64,000 nucleotides of DNA from positions 224,001 through 288,000 of the forward strand of contig CAVVOP010000022.1 in NCBI GenBank assembly GCA_963749915.1, in the 5' to 3' direction. A model generated the notes under the pieces. That model was given only the letters and a program-made list of their open reading frames with translations. It searched no databases and was not told the DNA's origin. The position numbers and the translations under genes were made by a program. Position 1 is the first letter of the stretch. Each line of letters begins with the position of its first letter. Shown here piece after piece: positions 40,349 to 50,003 of this stretch. Origin of the DNA: an uncultured cyanobacterium. Lineage in GTDB: Bacteria > Cyanobacteriota > Cyanobacteriia > Cyanobacteriales > Cyanobacteriaceae.

Positions 40349-41116
40349 ATGAAAAAAGTATCTTTATTAGTAATATCAAGCCTATTCTTATTAACGGGAT
40401 GTACCTTATTTGGTGGTGGTGAAGACACTTCTACTGTCCCTTCCATTCCTGCCGAGAATCCGACCCCTATCCCTGAGACTCCTGGAAATAATATCAATAA
40501 TAGTATCAGTAGCACTAGCGGATTAATTCCTTCTACGAATCCTCAAAATAGATTGCAGCAGATTAACCAAGGTAGAAATGATCCTTTTGATTCTATTACC
40601 CCTCCCGCAGTTATTAGAGTCAAAAGTGATCGAGTTGTTCCTGAATCTGTAGCTAGTAAGAAAGCTATTCTTAAAGAAGATCCAGTAACAGCCGTCGGGA
40701 ATGCTGATGTCGGTGATAATAAAAATAACGTAGTTTCTAATGGAGTTAGTGGTGGCAACAATTTGTCTCCTTTTCAACCTCCAGCAACACCTTCCCTTAG
40801 GGATGCGGAAAATATTATTGTCTCGGGTATATTGAGTTTAAACGGTGAAAATGTGGCATTGATTCAAACTCCTTGGGATAAGGTTACTCGTTCTGTGCGC
40901 ATTGGCGATATAGTTTCTGATAACACCTCGGGAATTAGTGTCAGAGTGAAGGATATTAATTTCGGTGATCCTACTACCATCGCCTTACAGGAAGATAATC
41001 AAACAGTTTTGCGCAGTATTAATGATAATAATGCTGTTGTTATTTTAGAGCAATCCGGACAAAGAGTTATTCGTCAAATAGGTGATAATGATGATGATAA
41101 TCTAGCCACATTATAG
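40349..41116 (+). CDS. lipoprotein, PilP-like
   Basis: LLTGC lipobox, disordered linker with RNDPF, C-terminal SGIL...VALIQ...SVRIGD beta domain. Confidence 0.55.
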   Translation: MKKVSLLVISSLFLLTGCTLFGGGEDTSTVPSIPAENPTPIPETPGNNINNSISSTSGLIPSTNPQNRLQQINQGRNDPFDSITPPAVIRVKSDRVVPESVASKKAILKEDPVTAVGNADVGDNKNNVVSNGVSGGNNLSPFQPPATPSLRDAENIIVSGILSLNGENVALIQTPWDKVTRSVRIGDIVSDNTSGISVRVKDINFGDPTTIALQEDNQTVLRSINDNNAVVILEQSGQRVIRQIGDNDDDNLATL

Positions 41117-41164
41117 AAAAATAATTGTGATCAATAATTAATTTATGGGGAGGTTTAGAAAATA

Positions 41165-41452
41165 TTGTCCAATACTATTATCAATCAATCAACACAAACA
41201 ATAAAACTAACTTGCCATCGATTACCTCTGGCAGTGTATCGTGAAATAGTGTCCCATTTAAGACAAATTAATGGTGTTAACGCTGGTTTATTGCCTCAAA
41301 CTGCGACGAAATTTGATTATTTACAAAGTCAAGTGGGGGGTTTATGGTTAGAATATTCCCCCATAGAAGATAGGGAAATAAAGGTTAAAGCCGTATTAGC
41401 TTACTATGAAAATAAATATAGTTCGTGGAAAATAATTAGTAATGAGAAATAA
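41165..41452 (+). CDS. conserved cyanobacterial hypothetical protein
   Basis: LPLAVYREIVSHLRQI, FDYLQSQVGGL. Confidence 0.75.
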   Translation: MSNTIINQSTQTIKLTCHRLPLAVYREIVSHLRQINGVNAGLLPQTATKFDYLQSQVGGLWLEYSPIEDREIKVKAVLAYYENKYSSWKIISNEK

Positions 41453-41500
41453 ATAGAATAAAAATTTATAATTATTCTCCTTTAAAATATAGATAACATT

Positions 41501-42220
41501 ATGGAAATTCTCATGAATTCAACCTTAATAGAAAATGAAAAAATTTCCCTGTCTAAAGGTTTAATTTCTTTAGAAAATATCTATAAAATCTATGGTAGCG
41601 GTGAAACAGAAGTTCATGCTTTATCAGGGGTTAATCTTACCATTGACCCGGGGGAATATTGTGCCATTATGGGACAATCAGGATCGGGAAAATCGACTAT
41701 GATGAATATTTTGGGTTGCCTCGACCGCCCTACTTATGGTAAGTATTATCTTAATGGGGAAAATGTTGCTGATTTGTCTAGTCAACAATTAGCTACTATA
41801 CGCAATTTACAAATTGGCTTTGTTTTCCAACAATTTCATCTTTTGCCCCAGTTGACCGCCTTGGAAAATGTCATGCTACCTATGATTTATGCTGGTGTTT
41901 CTGAGAAAGAACAAAAAAAAAGGGCAATTTCTGCCTTAACAAAAGTGGGCTTAAACCATCGTCTTCATTATAAACCTAATCAGCTTTCTGGGGGACAACA
42001 ACAACGGGTTGCCATCGCTCGTGCTATAGTTAATAACCCCTTAATTTTGCTGGCGGATGAACCCACTGGTGCATTGGATTCAGAAACCGCCAGAGAAATA
42101 ATGCATATATTTCGTCAATTAAATGATGAAAAAATGACCATTATTGTAGTAACCCATGAACAGGATATCGCCGCAGAAAGTAAGAGAATAATTCGCTTTG
42201 CCGATGGAAAAATAGCTTAA
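41501..42220 (+). CDS. ABC transporter ATP-binding protein (LolD/MacB-like)
   Basis: [26 protein letters not shown]. Confidence 0.92.
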   Translation: MEILMNSTLIENEKISLSKGLISLENIYKIYGSGETEVHALSGVNLTIDPGEYCAIMGQSGSGKSTMMNILGCLDRPTYGKYYLNGENVADLSSQQLATIRNLQIGFVFQQFHLLPQLTALENVMLPMIYAGVSEKEQKKRAISALTKVGLNHRLHYKPNQLSGGQQQRVAIARAIVNNPLILLADEPTGALDSETAREIMHIFRQLNDEKMTIIVVTHEQDIAAESKRIIRFADGKIA

Positions 42221-44862
42221 TTCGAGAGTAAGATTATTTTTTCTCGATGAGCTTTTATTAAACTTACATTTTCAGCACTAATTTGTTCTAACATATAGCA
42301 AACTTGATCAGGAGTTAATAATGAGCCGTCATTTTTCGCACTGCCTATATATTTAATATTAACTCGTTCTGATTCTGTAAAATTATTATCAACTAAGGAG
42401 ATATTAGATAAATTATCTCTCAAATTAACAATTTTTTTCTTACCGGTTTTAGCCGTTTTTTCCATCATAATTTCTGATGAATTTTGTACTTTGTTAAGCC
42501 AATTTTGCCATTGAGAAACACCCACTTTGTTATCAGCAGAAATAGTAATAATATATTCGACTTTATCTAATAATTGAGTCGGTTTAGGAGATTTAAGAGG
42601 CAATTCTTCCACTTTAAAAATCGGCAAATTTGAGGGTAATTGAGCCTTTAATTTCTCAGTAAATTCATCAATACCCATCCGAGTATGATTTTCAAAATCT
42701 ACTATTTCTCCATTACTCGTCATCCCTAATGATAAAGCGAGGGCGATGGAAATTTTGGGACCAGGATGAAAACCACCAGTATAAGATATAGGAATACTAG
42801 CTCGTCTGATAGCTCGATCGAACAAACGCACTAAGTCTAAATGACTGACTAAAGCCATATCGCCATGTTTGCCAAACCACACCCGGATTTTTTGGGCTTT
42901 TTCTTGATTCGGTTTAAAATCCCCCAAATATTCAGGGATTGGAGGGGGAGTAACGACAATATTATGTCCAAAATCAGGACCACATACACCGCAACGGCTG
43001 CAACCATCAAAGGCACAATCGGGCACAGTTGCTTCTTTTAATGCCCTTTCTAAGTCTTCTTTCAACCATTGTTTATCAATACCTGTATCTAAATGATCCC
43101 ACGGCAAGGGCATATTAGTTAATAGTTGATCGTTGATCGTTGATCGTTGGTTCTCAGCGGTTGATATATCATTGTGCATACTTCTTTCTGCCCTCTCAAA
43201 AAGATTCCATTCCCCATTTTCCACTTGACGATATTTCCATGTTAATCCTGCCTCGTCGATAGCTGTCTGCCAAGCTTTATAAGCCTTGTCGATGCTTTCC
43301 CACCATGAATCCATTCCGGCACCCAATTCCCACGCCCGACGCACTACAGGGGCCAAACGGCGATCACCACGTCCAACAAAATCTTCTATTGCCGAAATAC
43401 GAACATCGGTATAGTTAACTTTAACCCCTTTGAGGGGATAAAATTCATCTCGCAAAATGTTACGTTTGCGCAAAAATTCGGAGGTAGAAACAGAATGCCA
43501 TTGAAAAGGTGTATGGGGTTTTGGGGTAAAGTTGGAGATAGTGACATTAAAATTAAGGCGTTTATTGCTGAGGTGACGACATTCTTGACGCAACCATTTA
43601 ACCGTTTCCACAATACCGATAACATCCTCATCGGTTTCTCCGGGTAAGCCGATCATGAAATACAATTTAATCTGATTCCAACCTTGTTTTACCGCCGTTT
43701 GGATACCCCGCAATAATTCCTCATTGGTTAACCCCTTATTGATAATATCGCGCATTCTTTGGGTACCCGCTTCCGGGGCGAATGTTAAGCCAGTTTTCCG
43801 AGTGCCACCAATAATATTAGCAATGTTTTCGTCAAAGCGATCGACTCTCTGACTGGGGAGAGAAAGGGAAATATTTTCATCCTTGAGACGGTTTTTAATT
43901 TCGATGCCAACGGCAGGTAATGAGAGATAATCAGAGCAACTGAGAGATAATAGGGAAAATTCGTTAAATCCCGTCTGTTTCATCCCCTCCACAATGCTAT
44001 CTACTACCGCCTCAGGCTCAACATCTCTGGCTGGGCGAGTTAACATCCCTGGTTGACAAAAACGGCAACCTCTAGTACAACCTCGACGAATTTCAATAGT
44101 AAGGCGATCGTGTACCGTTTGCACATAAGGCACTAAACCTATGGAATAGGCGGGGATAGGAGTTGCAACCCGTCGCAAAATCCGCTCAGGCACACCATCA
44201 CGATTAGGCTTAACACTACCATCCCCCTGCATATCGTAAAACTGAGGTACATAGACCCCCGGCACTTGAGCTAAATCTAATAGTAATTCTGTTCTAGTTA
44301 AAGCGTCTCGTTTGCCTTCTTCAATAACTAAGCCAATTTCGGGTAATAATTCTTCACCGTCACCTAAGGCTACAAAATCGAAAAAGGCCGAATATGGTTC
44401 CGGGTTGGAGGTTGCGGTTTGTCCCCCAGCAAAAATGAAGGGATAATCGGTGTCTTTTCTTTCCTGCCAAGTTAAGGGAATTCGGGCTAAACTGAGCATT
44501 TCTAAGATATTAGTTGCTCCCAGTTCATAACTCAAACTAAACCCTAAAATATCGAATTCTTTAACCTCTCTTTTCGATTCAAGGGCAAATAATGGGGTAT
44601 TCGTTACTCTCATCTTTGTTGCTAGATCCGGGGCAGGTAAATAAGAGCGATCGCACAATTGTCTCGGTTGTGCGTTAATGATATTGTAGAGAATAATATG
44701 TCCTAAATTAGATGCACCTACCTCATAAACTTCGGGGTATGTCAACACCCATCTGAGTTTAGCGGTTTCCCAATCTTTATGTTTTGCCCCCAATTCGTTA
44801 CCTAAATAACGTGCGGGTTTATGTATCTCTGATGTGATTAGATCCTTAAGTGCGTTCGCCAT
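42217..44862 (-). CDS. TIGR03960-type radical SAM protein fused to a DUF2344/TIGR03936 domain
   Basis: RGCTRGCRFC; C-terminal SHLDL...GGFHPGPKISIALAL. Confidence 0.88.
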   Translation of the reverse strand: MANALKDLITSEIHKPARYLGNELGAKHKDWETAKLRWVLTYPEVYEVGASNLGHIILYNIINAQPRQLCDRSYLPAPDLATKMRVTNTPLFALESKREVKEFDILGFSLSYELGATNILEMLSLARIPLTWQERKDTDYPFIFAGGQTATSNPEPYSAFFDFVALGDGEELLPEIGLVIEEGKRDALTRTELLLDLAQVPGVYVPQFYDMQGDGSVKPNRDGVPERILRRVATPIPAYSIGLVPYVQTVHDRLTIEIRRGCTRGCRFCQPGMLTRPARDVEPEAVVDSIVEGMKQTGFNEFSLLSLSCSDYLSLPAVGIEIKNRLKDENISLSLPSQRVDRFDENIANIIGGTRKTGLTFAPEAGTQRMRDIINKGLTNEELLRGIQTAVKQGWNQIKLYFMIGLPGETDEDVIGIVETVKWLRQECRHLSNKRLNFNVTISNFTPKPHTPFQWHSVSTSEFLRKRNILRDEFYPLKGVKVNYTDVRISAIEDFVGRGDRRLAPVVRRAWELGAGMDSWWESIDKAYKAWQTAIDEAGLTWKYRQVENGEWNLFERAERSMHNDISTAENQRSTINDQLLTNMPLPWDHLDTGIDKQWLKEDLERALKEATVPDCAFDGCSRCGVCGPDFGHNIVVTPPPIPEYLGDFKPNQEKAQKIRVWFGKHGDMALVSHLDLVRLFDRAIRRASIPISYTGGFHPGPKISIALALSLGMTSNGEIVDFENHTRMGIDEFTEKLKAQLPSNLPIFKVEELPLKSPKPTQLLDKVEYIITISADNKVGVSQWQNWLNKVQNSSEIMMEKTAKTGKKKIVNLRDNLSNISLVDNNFTESERVNIKYIGSAKNDGSLLTPDQVCYMLEQISAENVSLIKAHREKIILLSN

Positions 44863-45012
44863 GGTTGCCTTTGTGGTGTGTTAATTAGATTTATTACAGT
44901 TGAGGGGCAAAGTATAAAAAATTTGTTTTATAGGGTATCCGTTATATTTTCCTTGACATATTCGGTGAAAGAAAATGGCCAGTAATATGCTGATTGCTAA
45001 TTATTGATTGTT

Positions 45013-45795
45013 TTAACTACTTTTTGTCATTATCATTTGTAGTCCTAACCAACCTATAACAATATAAGCGATCGCCAACATAAAACTACTGACGGACGTG
45101 CGTAAACTCTGTTTTAAGGCTAAGGTTTGTGCTTTTCTTTTTTCTTTTTCCTCTACTTCGTTTAATTGTGATTGTAATTTAGTTTGCACTTCCTGTAATT
45201 TTGCCTTTAATTGATCCGGTTGTTGTGATAATTCTAAAATCTGTCGCAATTCATCTCGCTGACTTGTAACCAATTGTAATTGTTGAGGGTCAAGTTTTTG
45301 ACCTTGTATTACCCCTCCAGCTTCGATAACTTGATTTCTTTGATCAATTTCTAGTTTTAATTGTTCAGGATTTTTAGAAATAGCTTCTAATTGGGCTACA
45401 AAACCTTGAATTTGAGCTTCTTGTTGTCCTTTTCTTTGGGCAATTTGAGCCATTAAATCAGCACTAACACTGTTAATATTAGTTAAATATACGGGTACTA
45501 AGATCAAAAATAATAAGCCCAAGATACTAGAAATAATAAAAACTGGAAGACGAATATTTGTCCCCGATTTTTCATTATTGTTATCATTAATCCACCATGC
45601 TATAAGTAACAAAGCTATAGCTATTAAAGGAACAATACCTCGATCAACTAAACTATTGGTAAGATTTATTTGCCAATTTTGATCTTGTAACTCTAAAGGA
45701 ATTAATAAGAAAAGATAGTCAATTAAAGAGGAAATTAAGAGAATGCCTCCTAGTAATTTTAATGAGAGACTAATAAAAGCAGAAGTAATTTTCAT
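45013..45795 (-). CDS. HpsJ-like membrane protein
   Basis: four TM helices, LVDRGIVPL, central coiled coil. Confidence 0.65.
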   Translation of the reverse strand: MKITSAFISLSLKLLGGILLISSLIDYLFLLIPLELQDQNWQINLTNSLVDRGIVPLIAIALLLIAWWINDNNNEKSGTNIRLPVFIISSILGLLFLILVPVYLTNINSVSADLMAQIAQRKGQQEAQIQGFVAQLEAISKNPEQLKLEIDQRNQVIEAGGVIQGQKLDPQQLQLVTSQRDELRQILELSQQPDQLKAKLQEVQTKLQSQLNEVEEKEKRKAQTLALKQSLRTSVSSFMLAIAYIVIGWLGLQMIMTKSS

Positions 45796-45836
45796 GGTAC
45801 AAGTTTTATTGAATATGAGCGATTATCCATTATTAA

Positions 45837-46040
45837 TTATTTTAGATTGCCCCTTGCATCTATTACCGCTAGTAAAAAAGATACTATTGTTAAAGGAATA
45901 CTAATGGCCAAAATAATAGTTGTATTTGTCTGACCTAATTGCGGTACTCCTGATGTTAATTCAAACACAGAACCCACAGAAGCTATCGCAGCTATACAAG
46001 AAAGAAGTAGCAATACGCCACTTTTAGGAGTCATGTACAT
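45837..46040 (-). CDS. small two-TM hypothetical protein
   Basis: CIAAIASVGSVFEL...P.LG motif. Confidence 0.7.
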   Translation of the reverse strand: MYMTPKSGVLLLLSCIAAIASVGSVFELTSGVPQLGQTNTTIILAISIPLTIVSFLLAVIDARGNLK

Positions 46041-46201
46041 AAGTAGTTGTTAATAATTTAATTCCATTCTTTACCTTAAATGTTTTTAACACAATAGGGA
46101 AGTAATTAACAATGAAATGAGCAATGAGTAATAAGCAATTATCAATGTCACATTCTTCACTTTCATCTATAGTCAGTCAGTTTTTGGTGTACTGACTCTC
46201 C

Positions 46202-46239
46202 AAAAAAAACCCTTCTCTGACTATTAAATTAGAGAAGGG
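46202..46239 (-). terminator. intrinsic terminator of cpcG
   Basis: CCCTTCTCT/AGAGAAGGG stem followed by a T8 run on the minus strand. Confidence 0.7.
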
Positions 46240-46276
46240 ATTTAAATAAAAGTTGATGAACCACTATAAAGGTTAA

Positions 46277-47026
46277 TTATTTGCGGTAAGGAACTCTATC
46301 TAAACTGATGTTTCCAGCTGATACACGGGGTGTAGGAGCTGGTTTAGCATTAATACTGCGAGCCATGTTAAGGTACAGAGAGGGATCTCCAGCTTTGGCT
46401 TGTTTTTCCTGAGGTATAAAACGGCGAACTTGGTTTTGCCAAATAATTTGCGGGAAACCAAGAATGCCACGATAGTAGGCATCATAACGAGGAGATTTGA
46501 GGTTAAAAGGCATTTCTCCTAGTTCGCGGGAAGGTAAATTCCGACGACGTTGATAAGGTACGATGTCATAACCAAAGTTCTCTAAGTATTCGTCAGAGTT
46601 TAATAACTCATCGACGAAGCCTTTAATACCTTTATTAACGACGACAATTGACCATGCAATCTTTTCTCTTTCGCTGTAGGGTGTGCGACCCAACACTTTT
46701 TGAATACAATGTTCTACAAAACGGTAGTTACTATTTTTTTCGTAAAAACTATTTTTAAAGGTTTCTGATAATAATAAACCACGAATAAAATCACGCACAG
46801 TAATCTGTTTGTTACGTAGTTGAGACTCTAAAAAAGGTTCACGATCAGATTTGAAAGCATGGAAAAAGATTTGACGATAAGCCGCTTCAATTAATACATC
46901 TACATCAGACGCACTATAAAGACTTTCAGCATTATAGATTTTTGGTTGTTCGTCGCCGCCTACTTCATAACCAGCTACACGGGTATTCTGAGAATTAGGT
47001 GCGTAATTTAAAAGAGGAATAGCCAA
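46277..47026 (-). CDS. cpcG: phycobilisome rod-core linker
   Basis: [34 protein letters not shown] start after GGAGG; hydrophilic C-terminus (not CpcL). Confidence 0.95.
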   Translation of the reverse strand: MAIPLLNYAPNSQNTRVAGYEVGGDEQPKIYNAESLYSASDVDVLIEAAYRQIFFHAFKSDREPFLESQLRNKQITVRDFIRGLLLSETFKNSFYEKNSNYRFVEHCIQKVLGRTPYSEREKIAWSIVVVNKGIKGFVDELLNSDEYLENFGYDIVPYQRRRNLPSRELGEMPFNLKSPRYDAYYRGILGFPQIIWQNQVRRFIPQEKQAKAGDPSLYLNMARSINAKPAPTPRVSAGNISLDRVPYRK

Positions 47027-47257
47027 TGTTAAGACCTCCGTATCTTAAAATTATCTTAAAATGTTTTTTCTACAATCATTAGCATAATCGACAATGGCAT
47101 CTTACCTTAAAAAACGTAAAGATTTGTTACAGTTAAAAATTAACAAACATTTAGGGAACATTATCCTGCGAACATTAATTATTTACTCTCAATTTAATCG
47201 CTGCTATTATAACTCAGTGAAATGATGGAACATGATGAAATTAACAAGGGAAAATCA

Positions 47258-48118
47258 ATGAGTCAAGTAGCAATTTTCGGCATGGGATTAATGGGGCAAC
47301 CGATGACGATAAAATTACATCAGGCCAATATTCCCATTATGGCTTACAATCGCACGGCGGAAAAACTTAAACCTTTACAGGCACAAAATATTCCCGTTAC
47401 TACTAATGTACAAGAGGCGATCGCTTTTGGGAATTGTTTAATTTTGATGTTGACGGATATTAAAGCCATTGAAGAAGTGATTTTAGAATCTAACGCCGAT
47501 TTGACGGGTAAAACTATCATACAAATGGGTACCATTTCCCCCGATGAGAGTAAAAAGTTATTGTTGGAAATCGAGACAAGGAGCGGAGAATATTTAGAGG
47601 CACCGGTTTTAGGCAGTATTCCCGAAGCCAAAAACGGAAATTTATTGGTGATGGTTGGTGGCAAGAAAAATCAATTTGATACATGGCAAGATTTACTAAA
47701 AAATTATAGCCTCGAACCGATTCTCGTGGGTGAAGTTGGCACGGCGGCGGCGTTAAAATTAGCTTTGAATCAGATGATTGCCGGATTAACTAGTACTTTT
47801 GCTCTAAGTTTAAGTTTTATCAAACAACAAGGGGTTGAGGTATCCACTTTTATGGATATTTTGCGTAACAGTGCTTTATATGCCCCTACTTTTGATAAAA
47901 AATTGTCGAGAATGGGGAATCGTAACTATGATAGTCCGAATTTTCCCACAAAACATTTACTCAAAGACATAAATTTATTCTTGAGATCAGCGAAGGAAAA
48001 AGGTTTAAATACGGAAGGTTTAGAAGGGATAAAGGAGATCCTATCCCAAGCGGTAAATCAGGGTTATGGCAATGATGATTATTCGGCACTGATAGAAGGG
48101 ATAATCAGTTTGGATTAA
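47258..48118 (+). CDS. NAD(P)-dependent beta-hydroxyacid dehydrogenase (glyoxylate/succinic semialdehyde reductase-like)
   Basis: GMGLMG, EAPVLGS, KLALNQ, FPTKHLLKD. Confidence 0.88.
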   Translation: MSQVAIFGMGLMGQPMTIKLHQANIPIMAYNRTAEKLKPLQAQNIPVTTNVQEAIAFGNCLILMLTDIKAIEEVILESNADLTGKTIIQMGTISPDESKKLLLEIETRSGEYLEAPVLGSIPEAKNGNLLVMVGGKKNQFDTWQDLLKNYSLEPILVGEVGTAAALKLALNQMIAGLTSTFALSLSFIKQQGVEVSTFMDILRNSALYAPTFDKKLSRMGNRNYDSPNFPTKHLLKDINLFLRSAKEKGLNTEGLEGIKEILSQAVNQGYGNDDYSALIEGIISLD

Positions 48119-48169
48119 TTAGAGTTGATGGTGCGTTACATTTTATGAACACACCCCATTTTTAGATTT

Positions 48170-48892
48170 TTAGAGGAAACTGGGTTTATGACGAATTAAA
48201 CCAAGAAATTCCTCACGGGTTTTATTTTCTTCTTGGAATACCCCTAACATTGCACTGGTGACCGTCCATGATCCGGGTTTTTGAACTCCACGCATTACCA
48301 TACACATATGAGTTGCTTCCATGACTACTGCTACCCCTTGAGGATCAAGAATGGTTTGGATTGCCTCAGCTATTTGACGGGTAAGACGTTCTTGTACTTG
48401 CAATCTTCTGGAGTACATTTCAACGATACGGGCTAATTTACTTAAACCAACTACTTTTTGATTAGGAATATAAGCAACGTGTGCCCTGCCCATAAAAGGT
48501 AGCATGTGATGTTCACAAAGACTGAAAAAGTCGATATCTCTGACTAATACCATCTCGTTATGACCTTCATCAAAAATAGCACCATTGACGAGTTTTTCCA
48601 ACGATTGACTATAACCTTGGGTTAAAAACTGCATGGCCTCGGCTACTCTTTTTGGGGTTTTGAGTAGTCCTTCCCGTTCAGGATCTTCCCCCACAGATTC
48701 TAAAATATTGGTGACAGCATCCATCATTTGCTGTTTATTTTCTTCATGGGTAAGGTTGATTTTGGCAACTTGTCCATTATGGGTATTACGATCGGGACGA
48801 GTAGCTACACTACTGTACACTTCTGTACTAATGGGAGAAAAAACATCGGGGGAAGTCTTATTAGAATTGGAACCGTTGGAAAATTCTGTCAT
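48170..48892 (-). CDS. folE: GTP cyclohydrolase I
   Basis: [26 protein letters not shown]. Confidence 0.97.
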   Translation of the reverse strand: MTEFSNGSNSNKTSPDVFSPISTEVYSSVATRPDRNTHNGQVAKINLTHEENKQQMMDAVTNILESVGEDPEREGLLKTPKRVAEAMQFLTQGYSQSLEKLVNGAIFDEGHNEMVLVRDIDFFSLCEHHMLPFMGRAHVAYIPNQKVVGLSKLARIVEMYSRRLQVQERLTRQIAEAIQTILDPQGVAVVMEATHMCMVMRGVQKPGSWTVTSAMLGVFQEENKTREEFLGLIRHKPSFL

Positions 48893-49052
48893 GGTTAAGT
48901 TAGCAAATTAGTTTAATTGTGAGATTTAAGAGCGGGATTTTAGTTACTTGAACCGAAAAAGCCCAATAGCTTAGGATATTTAGGGGATTTGTCCAGGAAA
49001 AACACCGCCACAAAAAAAGATTAATTTCGTGGTTTCAAGGTGGAATATTAAT

Positions 49053-49781
49053 CTACAACGCCCCAATACTAGGGGTTATGGTTAATTGTTCAATGACTGC
49101 CTCTTGGGGAAGTAATACTGCTTGTAAAATTGCTTGGGCGACAGTTTCTGGTTTCAGCATTGCCAATCGATTGAGATCTGCTTGGACTGTATCAGTGTCC
49201 CAGATAGGTGTATTAACTGCACCCGGACAAATAGTTGTTACTCTGATGCCGTTACTTCTTTCTTCGAGGGCAAGGCATTGACTAAAGGTAACTAAAGCGG
49301 CTTTACTAACAGCATAAGTTCCCCATGCAGGAAAAGGGTTATTGGCGGCGATGGAAGCCACATTGATAATTGTACCTTGACCTTGTTTTCTCATTTGCGG
49401 TAATACCCCCATGACGCACTGGAAAACGCTGGTCAAATTTAGATCTAATACTTTTTGCCAGTCAGTTAAGGGTGTTTCTCGAAGGAGATTTGTGTAACCT
49501 ATCCCGGCATTATTGACAAGAATATCGATCACCCCAAATTCATGAACAATGGCTTCTATGTTCGCTTTTACGGTGGCTACTTCAGCAAAATCAGCAGAAA
49601 CTATTTTAACTTTTACCCCATATTCAGAAACTAAGTCGGCAACCTCCGCTAATTTTGCGATTTGGCGACTAATTAAACATAGGTCAATCCCTGATGAGGC
49701 AAAGGCGATGGCTGTTGCTTTTCCAATTCCACTACTAGCTCCGGTAATGATAGCCGTTCGTTGATTTGGGGAATATTCCAT
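49053..49781 (-). CDS. short-chain dehydrogenase/reductase upstream of folE (possible pterin reductase)
   Basis: TGASSGIG, NNAG, YAVSK. Confidence 0.9.
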   Translation of the reverse strand: MEYSPNQRTAIITGASSGIGKATAIAFASSGIDLCLISRQIAKLAEVADLVSEYGVKVKIVSADFAEVATVKANIEAIVHEFGVIDILVNNAGIGYTNLLRETPLTDWQKVLDLNLTSVFQCVMGVLPQMRKQGQGTIINVASIAANNPFPAWGTYAVSKAALVTFSQCLALEERSNGIRVTTICPGAVNTPIWDTDTVQADLNRLAMLKPETVAQAILQAVLLPQEAVIEQLTITPSIGAL

Positions 49782-49875
49782 GATAAATATTGCTTTTTTT
49801 GAGTTAGTAAAACTAAATTGGATTTAAACCTTAAATAAGTTCTGTTAACTGAGTCCGGGGTTAGCCGCTTCTCAT

Positions 49876-49893
49876 AATGTGAAGTTTTGTAAC
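49876..49893 (-). promoter_or_regulatory. possible HLR1 (RpaB) direct repeat
   Basis: GTTACAAA-AC-TTCACATT upstream of the SDR-folE pair. Confidence 0.3.
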
Positions 49894-50003
49894 AAAAATC
49901 ACCTTCCACATTATAACTCATTGTTCACCCATTTTGTTCTAGGGTGGCAAAAAAAAGTCGTTTAAACTAACTCAGAGTTAGCTCATAGTCTAGTTTGAGG
50001 TGA

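Noticed and set aside
48895..49050. riboswitch upstream of folE
   Set aside because: Only weak hairpins, with no recognisable aptamer consensus.
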